This document shows, one piece after another, positions 56,071-64,000 of a DNA stretch of 64,000 nucleotides. Origin of the DNA: Octopus vulgaris (Eukaryota); the NCBI GenBank assembly GCA_951406725.2, contig OX597819.1:112654001-112718000 (forward strand). Reading direction: 5' to 3'. The first letter of the stretch is position 1, and each line of letters starts with the position of its first letter. The notes under the pieces were generated by a model. The model was not told the origin of the DNA and searched no databases. It saw only the letters and a list, made by a program, of their open reading frames with translations. Both the position numbers and the translations under genes were made by a program.

Positions 56071-56611
56071 CACTTCAACCATGTTGTTGTTGTTGTTGTT
56101 GTCACCGTAATCATCTTCATCATCATCATAATTGTCATTGTTATCATCATTTAACATTCACTTTTCCATGCTTGCTTGTGTCAGACAAAATTCATTGAAA
56201 TGGATTTTCTTCAACCAGATGCCCTCCATGTCACCAATCTTCACTTGTTTCTGAGCAAATATTTCCCCATGACCAAATATACTTTCCACTGAAGACTGAA
56301 AACAAACTCCATCACTTCTATGGCAGTGAGGCTTGTGTACAACCATCACATCGCATCACCTCAATCGTCACAGCAACCATCACATCACATCCATCATCAC
56401 ATTACACCACATCAGTCACATCAAGACAAGGGAACACACATACACACACAAATACAAACAAGCACATGCACACACACACACACACACACTTACATACACA
56501 TACACGTGTGTGCGCACACATACACATACATATATGATAGGCTTTTTTCAGTTTCTATCAACCAAATCTACTCACAAGACCTTGGTCTGTGTACCTCTGA
56601 TAAAAAAATAT

Positions 56612-57283
56612 ATCATCATCGTCGTTTAACGTCCGTTCTCCATGCTAGCATGGGTTGGACGGTTCGACCGGGGTTCTGGGAAGCCAGAAGGCTGCACCAG
56701 GCTCCAGTCTAAATTTGGCAATGTTTCTACAGCTGGATGCCCTTCCTAACGCCAACCACTCCGTGAGTGTAGTGGGTGCTTTTTACGTGCCACCTGCACA
56801 GGTGCCAGGCGGGGCTGGCAACGGCCACGGTCAGATTGGTGTATTTTATGTGCCACCGGCACGGAAGCCAGTCGAGGCGGTGCTGGCATCGGCCACGAGT
56901 CGGATAGTGCTTTTTACGTACCACCAGACCAGGGATCCTGGCTGGTTCAATTCGATTTCGATTTTGCTTGCCCCAACATGTCTTCACAAGCAAAGGGGTT
57001 GGCAAGGGTGCCTGTCGTACGGTCGCATTGGAGTATTTTACGTGCCACGGCCACGAGTCGGATAGTGCTTTTTACGTACCATCAGACCAGGGATCCTGGC
57101 TGGTTCAATTCGATTTCGATTTCGCTTGCCCCAACATGTCTTCACAAGCAAAGGGGGTTGGCATGGGTGCCTGTCGTACGGTCGCATTGGAGATCTTCAT
57201 CCATTCTCGCCACATGACCATACCAGCGCAATCGTCTCTCTTGCACACCACAACTGATGCTTCTTAGGTACAACATTTCTCTC
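56612..57283 (-). mobile_element. Rearranged RTE retrocopy: 3' UTR with internal duplication, joined to a piece of RT coding sequence
   Basis: About 56890-57032 is duplicated at about 57048-57192. 57195-57282 matches RTE ORF sequence 14834-14921. Confidence 0.8.
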
Positions 57284-57485
57284 AAAAAAAATATATATTA
57301 ATTACAAAATATAAATGAATCCACTTATTTGTTTTGACGATAGATATTCCTGTGAGTCAATCAACAGAACTGTGTACTAATTACGTGACAATATGGGTGA
57401 ATGCTCCACAGACAATTGAGAGAATATAAATATTTTGAATGAATGAATGAACATGTGACAGTTTAATAGTGGGGGTAGGCTTGTT

Positions 57486-57604
57486 CAGGGACACTTTCAG
57501 CTTAAAAGACATAGTTAAGTGGGGAGTAACGTTCTTAATGTCACTACATTAAGTATTGTGATCCCCCACTTAACAATATGTTTTTCAAGCAGAATGTGCC
57601 CCAG
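57486..57604. other. Imperfect hairpin of about 120 nt
   Basis: gggacactttcagcttaaaagacatagttaagtgggga pairs with tcccccacttaacaatatgtttttcaagcagaatgtgcccc; the apex is cttaatgt-cact-acattaag. Confidence 0.7.
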
Positions 57605-58064
57605 GGTAATTCCTTATCTTATCTCCAAAGTTACAAATACATATGAATGAGTAGCCATGACTAGGTGTTTAATAAATATATATGTAGTGTCATTGCAAAA
57701 TTAGATTCCACAGATAAACCAGAGATCTTTCAGTAGATAACTTTCAACAAGGGCCAAATCATAGAATTACGTATATTTCTCAACCAACACAATGGAATGC
57801 CTGGATTTGATTTACTCCCAATAGCTTCCAAGAGGTTGTCTGATTTGATATTTTATCTCCTTAGTCATTTTACTACTACTTCATATGTTATATTAGATAT
57901 TACTGAAGAATAAGTGATATAATAAATGGAATTTTGGAACTAAGCACTTGTTACTTGAATCTCGAATGAAATAGTAACCTTGTTTATATCCAGCTGTTGG
58001 ATAACTTCACTCACAGCTACTTTTTGCTATCAAATGTTGAATCTGTGACAAATGTTTAAAGATC

Positions 58065-58372
58065 ACAATTGCAGCGTGGAAGGTGTTTATAAGCCATTTA
58101 AGAAACACACAAAACCGTTAGATTCACTTCAACATTTAAATTTAATTTGTCAAAAGATTTTTGTCTCTTTGAGACCACAACCTGTTCACTGACAAAACTT
58201 TGTGGTCTCAAAGCGACAAAAATATTTTGACAAATTAAATTTAAATGTTGAAGTGAATCTAACGGTTTTGTGTGTTTCTTAAATGGCTTATAAACACCTC
58301 TCACGCTGCAATTGTTTTCGTTCCAGCACACGATCTCAGATCAAGTCACTTGCTATGCAAGTACATCTTCGT
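58065..58372. mobile_element. Penelope-type fold-back insertion with 14-bp TSD (same family as 30075-30277)
   Basis: Inverted arms 58065-58180 and 58200-58315. TSD aatgtttaaagatc at 58051-58064 and 58373-58386. Variant HHR motif at 58146-58196 (-). Confidence 0.75.
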
Positions 58373-58429
58373 AATGTTTAAAGATCGAAATTGATTAAGT
58401 CGAATTAACTGTATTGTGAGGATGTTGAT

Positions 58430-58750
58430 AGGTCGCCCTTTCAACAATGTTCTAAACATAGTAGTCCACGGGGCTTAAATCTGGCAAGTTTGGATGCTAT
58501 AGATTTGATGTTACATGATCACAAACATTGTCTAGCATCCAATCTTGGGCTATGTAGGCTTTGTGAGAAGGTACTGAGTTTTGTTAAAACACATCCTTCC
58601 TCTGCATAAGTCCAGGGCTTAAAAACTGTCTCCAACACCTCAATGTATCCAGCAGCAATATTTCTAAGGTCCTGTGGAAAGATGTGAGTTGGTATGACAT
58701 GACCATTGTTACTCATCACTCCTAAGACCATTACAATTGCCAGAAACTTA
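58430..58750 (-). mobile_element. Tc1/mariner (maT/DD37D-like) transposase fragment, abutting a mariner-like terminus at about 58749-59050
   Basis: VMVLGVMSNNGHVIPTHIFPQDLR..AAGYIEVLETVFKPW; a minus-strand PNLPDLSPVDYYV motif lies near 58455-58492. Confidence 0.6.
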
Positions 58751-59873
58751 CAAGGGGAGGCTGAAAAGTCCCTGGATTTGAGTAAAAGAAAATAAAGGAG
58801 AATCAATTAATTGTGATTTTATTCAACATATTCCCCTCTCAGAGTCAAACACTTATTGCAGTGGTCCTTTAGTTTTTCTAAGCTTTATAAAAGAACTTAG
58901 TTTTTCACAATATCCTTAAAGCAAAGAAATTTTCAGAACTCTTTCATTGGGAGCATCAGAAGGATCAGAATCATCTGTCATTTTCCTCATTAGGCTTTTG
59001 GTCTTAGTTGAAATTTTTCTTATAAAGATGAACCAAAGCATGTCCTGTTCATGAAATTTTAGGTGCAGGAGTGGCTGCGTGGTAAGTAGCTTGCTTACCA
59101 ACCACATAGTTCCAGGTTCATTCCCACTGCGTGGCACCTTGGGCAAGTGTCTTCTACCATAACCTTAGGCTGACCAAAGCCTTGGGAGTGGATTTGGTAG
59201 ACAGAAACTGAAAGAAGCCCGTCGTATATATGTACATATATATGTATGTGTGTGTATATGTTTGTGTGTCTGTGACTGTCCCCACCAACATCACTTGACA
59301 ACCGATGGTGGTGTATTTACGCCCCCGTAACTTAGCAGTTTGGTAAAAGAGACCAATAGAATAAGTACTAGGCTTCCAAAGAATAAGTCCTGGGGTCGAT
59401 TTGCTCGAATAAAGGCAGTGCTCCAGCATGGCCGCAGTCAACTGACTGAAACAAGTAAAAGAGTAAGTAACCACCTGACATAGATCAGATGAGTTTATGT
59501 TTTTGCAGACATAAATTGACCCCTCCTCAGCTTATATGACTTTTATTCTTTATGCTGATGACAACTTGGGAAGATTTCTCTTGTCACTTTTTTAAATTGC
59601 CTTTTTTTCTTTAACATCTATTCTTCCATGTTAGCATAGGTTTGAGGAATTGTTTTACAGCCAGGTACTCTTCCTGTCACTAACCCTTACCAGTTTTCCA
59701 AGTAATACTTTTTTTTTTCACTAGTCTTTGAAAGCATAGAGCATAGAAAATTTGATTACAGGAAATGGCAACATAACATCACCATGTTTTATGCAAATCT
59801 TTTCGTCGATGCAAAATGTAAATATTTGCATGCATGTACACACACAAGTATACACACACATATATATACATAT

Positions 59874-60120
59874 ATATAATCAAAATAAGCAACAAGTATA
59901 TCCAAGGTAGAGTAGTACAATTGTTTCATGCTACTTCATTTTATTAAGTGTTTAATAAAATGAAGTAGCATGAAACAATTGTACTACTCCACCTCGGATA
60001 TACTTGTTGCTTATTTTGATTATAATCACCCCATTTGATTTATATCGATAATACCAAACAAAATTTTGGTGCCTTTGAATTAAGTACCATATTCATCTGA
60101 ATCTAAATTTTGCTGATCTT
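59874..60120. mobile_element. Penelope-type fold-back insertion (near-perfect palindrome of about 150 bp plus tail), related to element 2842-3334
   Basis: Palindrome 59874-60024 centred near 59949; each arm carries GAAA-caattg-TA. The tail shares cttgttgctt, taatcacccca and ttaagtaccatattcat with the reverse complement of 2860-3010. Confidence 0.7.
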
Positions 60121-60626
60121 ATATATATATATAAATATCATTATCATCATCATTTCCTCTCTCTGTTAGGAGGCACATGCACTTACACACACACATATAC
60201 ACACACAACGATAACTTCTGTCTACCAAATTCAATCACAAGGCTTCAGTTGGCCTGAGGCTACAGCAGAAGATGCTTGCCCAATGTACTATGCGGTAGGA
60301 CTGAACCTGAAATTATGTGGCTAGGAAGCAAGCTTCCTAACCATAAGGCCATGCCTACAAACACACACACAGAGGGAGGATCAAAAAGCAAAGTGACAAA
60401 AAACAAGACAGGATATTTCGACACTTAGAAAAAACGAAGGATTTAATTGCTGTGGTGTTTTGGGACATGTGTAGAACAGGCTTCCATACAGTTTCCAGCC
60501 ACCAATTTCATTCACATGTGTATTGGTCAGCCTGTGGCTACAGTAGAAGTCTCTGTCATGTAGTGAGATAGAACACAAGACAATGTGGTAAGAAAATGAA
60601 CCCAGCACCAATACAGCCATATCTGT

Positions 60627-61053
60627 ACAGTTCTATATTTAAGAGATGAGGAATTATGTACATTATTTACATTATTTACGTTTGACGGATATATTTGCCC
60701 TCATCTTGTTTGTTGTTAACACAATGTTTCGGCTGATATACCCTCCAACCTTCATCAGGTGTCTTGAAGAAATTTCGATCCTGGGTTGTCATTTCTATGG
60801 GCATTTGGCATAGTGGTTAAGAGTACGGGCTACCAACCCCAAGATCCTGAGTTTGATTCCAAGCAGTGACCTGAATAATAATAATTATAATAATAATAAT
60901 AACAACATCGAAAAATACCTTAGGAATGAGAACCCAGGTTCGAAATTTCCCCAAGACACCTGATGAAAGCTGGAGGGTACATCAGCCAAAACGTTGTGTT
61001 AACAACAAACAAGATGAGGACAAATATCCGTCAAATGTAAATAATGTAAATAA
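60627..61053. mobile_element. Penelope-type fold-back insertion with 12-bp TSD, two hammerhead motifs and a tRNA-like head between the arms
   Basis: TSD agccatatctgt at 60615-60626 and 61054-61065. HHR motifs at 60718-60763 (-) and 60955-61000 (+). A/B-box-like segment 60806-60875 followed by (AAT)n. Confidence 0.75.
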
Positions 61054-64000
61054 AGCCATATCTGTGTCTAATTAACGAATGTTATTTCATTAAACCAAAA
61101 TATTCTCATAATCATTTTAAAATCTGGCAGCTAGTAGTAAAAATAAGCCGTGCTGAGGAGATTTAATAAAACTGAAATATGTCACATGCTATCATCAAAC
61201 TTTCCTTAGATCATTATCACTCTCTATTACATATTCCCATTTAATTTTTAATGCTGTCCAGGTCGACTTTGCCTTTCATCCTTTCAGGGTTGATAAAATA
61301 AGTGCCAGTTCAACATTGAGGTCGATGTAATCAGCTTACCCACTCCCCCAAAATTGCTGACTATGTGCCAAAATTTGAAACCAATTTTCAATCAGTTTTA
61401 ATTTCATAGTTGCCTCCCTTAGCATCAACAAGAATTTTCTTTAACACTAGTGATTTTTCTTGCCTTACAAGTAAAGTTTTAATTGCAAAATTTTCTTTTA
61501 TAACTCTAGATTAAACTTGCTAGCTCTGCTTTCTGAAATAGTAATGACTTCTATCTAACTGTTTAGTGATAAACAACACCTACCATGGCCTATTTTACGG
61601 CTGGGTAGTTTCAAAAAATGACTGGTATCCAGCTATGAAAACAGTTTATCAGAAGGAAACAGGAAGGCAGGCTTGAAAAATCAATGAGAAAAATACACAA
61701 ATCTCAGTAATTTACAGATTAATTCATGAACAAGTGAAGCTAGATATGATGTTCATCCACCCAGTCTGTTCTGTTACATGACTGAATTTTTTTTATAAAT
61801 ATTTATAAATTTATAGGAGCAGGCGTGGTTGTGTGGTAAGAAGCTTGCTTCCCAATGACATAGTTCTGGGTTCAGTCCCACTGCATGGCACCTTGGGCAA
61901 GTGTCTTCTACTATTGCCTCAGACCAACAAAAGCTTTGTGAGTGGATTTGGTGATGGAAACTGAAAGAAGCCCATCGTATATACATATATATATTTGTGT
62001 GTGTGTGTCTGCGTTTAACCCCTCACCATAGCTTGACGACAGATACTGGTGTGGTTATGTCCCCGTAACTTAGCATTTCAGCAAAAGAAATTGATAGAAT
62101 AAGTTCTAGGCTTACAAAGAATAAGCCCTGGGGGTTGATCTGTTTGACTGAAGGTGATGCTCCAGCATGGCCACAGTCAAATGACTGAAACAAATAAAAG
62201 CATAAATAGTTAAGGAATGAATTTTTTCCATACATCTTGTCAGTATATGGTTGATAAATCTTTTGTTCTACTATCTGACATATTCTGTGCTTCTACAGGA
62301 GTGGCTGTGTGGTAAGTAGCTTGCTAACCAACCACATGGTTCCGGGTTCAGTCCCACTGTGTGGCATCTTGGGCAAGTGTCTTCTGCTATAGCCCCGGGC
62401 CGACCAATGCCTTGTGAGTAGATTTGGTAGAGGGAAACTGAAAGAAGCCTGTCGTATATATGTATATATGTATAAGTGTATGTGTTTGTTCCCCTAGCAT
62501 TGCTTGACAACCGGTGCTGGTGTGTTTACGTCCCCGTCACTTAGCGGTTCGGCAAAAGAGACCGATAGAATAAGTACTGGGCTTACAAAGAATAAGTCCC
62601 GGGGTCGATTTGCTCGACTAAAGGCAGTGCTCCAGCATGGCCGCAGTCAAATGACTGAAACAAGTAAAAGGGTAAAAGAGTAAAAGAGAGTATACCTATA
62701 TGTGTCTAGGGCCTCTGAAAGAAACTTAGCAAGGCAGAACTAAATCACTTTCAGGTCTTTTCAAAATTTGTAGTTCTGAACACATTTTTTGTTTTAGTCG
62801 GAAGTGACCCGACAGATAATCACAGGCCCATTCTTGGTGCTCCATGCCCCAAATTTATGCTTAAGCTGAGTCCTTTTCTTGTCAGCCTGGTGTATGTGTG
62901 GACATATTTTCCCCATTAGATATGAATAGTATTTCAATTATACTTTGTATTACTAATTGATAAAGCTGCTAATTACCACAACCACTAATGTATGATGCTA
63001 TGTAACTATTGAGCATGAATATATTTAGTTACACATTTGTGGTCAATATTTAAATGTATCTTGTATTACAATTATTATAGTCACCGATATCACTAATATT
63101 ACACTAGCTGACCACATGCTGTCAATAATGAGGGCTAATTGTAGTAATTTATATATACGGTACAAAATTAAGTAAATAATAATCACACATACAAACATAC
63201 ACACACACATGCACACATGTGCACACGCACACACACACACATTAGGAAGAATTATTTCTCTTAAAAGAAGGCAGCAAGCTTGTGGAATCATTAGTATGCC
63301 AGACAAAATGTTTAGCAGCATTTGTTCAGTCCTTTCATTCTGAGTTCAAATCCTACCAAAGTCAGTCTTGCCTTTTATCATAACTGGGTTAAAGAAATAA
63401 CAGAAATAACAGCCTATAATCAACTACACAATAATGAAAAATATGATATAAAATTTTAAAAGCCATTTTGAAATAATTCTTGAAAGGGTTTTGCATAATA
63501 AAGGCTGGCCTGAAGTTGAACAACATGGCATGGTTGACCTGGGGTTAATCAACCATAACAAATACCTATTTCTTTATTACCCACAAGGGGCTAAACACAG
63601 AGGAGACAAACAAGGACAGACATAGGTATTAAGTCGATTACATCGACCCCAGTGCGTAACTGGTACTTAATTTATCGACCCCGAAAGGATGAAAGGCAAA
63701 GTCGACCTCGGCGGAATTTGAACTCAGAACGTAGCCACTGACGAAATACCGCTAAGCATTTCACCCGGCATGCTAACGATTCTGCCAGCTCGCCGCCTTA
63801 CACTGAAGACCAGTTGGATCATGGCTGATTTGGGGAATCATCACAACAACAACACTAATTCATCACCATCATCATCATCATCATCATCATTTAATGTCTG
63901 TTTTCTATGCTTATTTCTTTACTGGCCACAAGGGGCTAGACACAGAGGGGACAAACGGATTAAGTTGATTATATCGACCCCAGTGCGTAACTGGTACTTA

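Overview
AT-rich, microsatellite-saturated eukaryotic DNA. The repeat landscape suggests an octopus or other coleoid cephalopod; this is an inference, not a database match. Almost all ORFs in the supplied track are simple-repeat or transposon artefacts. One host gene runs on the minus strand: a Rho-GEF resembling ARHGEF10, with well-supported exons at 7076-7278 and 26-172 and a candidate first coding exon at 53830-53878. The gene continues off the left edge. Its introns hold a nearly intact 5'-truncated RTE LINE (13898-17611), about 15 dispersed copies of the RTE 3' UTR, two abundant SINE families, a non-autonomous Helitron, and decayed Penelope, R4/Dong, CR1/L2, RNase H-bearing LINE, Tc1, mariner, Tigger and hAT remnants. 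The main hidden signal is a set of about ten minimal type I hammerhead-ribozyme (HHR) motifs carried by short Penelope-type, often fold-back, insertions, three of which have target-site duplications. One motif has a fully canonical core (2994-3078, minus strand, sense to the host pre-mRNA). One family has a swapped G3/C8 core (GUGAACA). One motif sits directly after a Penelope RT/GIY-YIG pseudo-ORF. The RTE 3' UTR also carries a tandemly amplified 62-68 bp unit with a conserved, partly covarying stem-loop. All alignments and folds were made by eye, and repeat boundaries are approximate.
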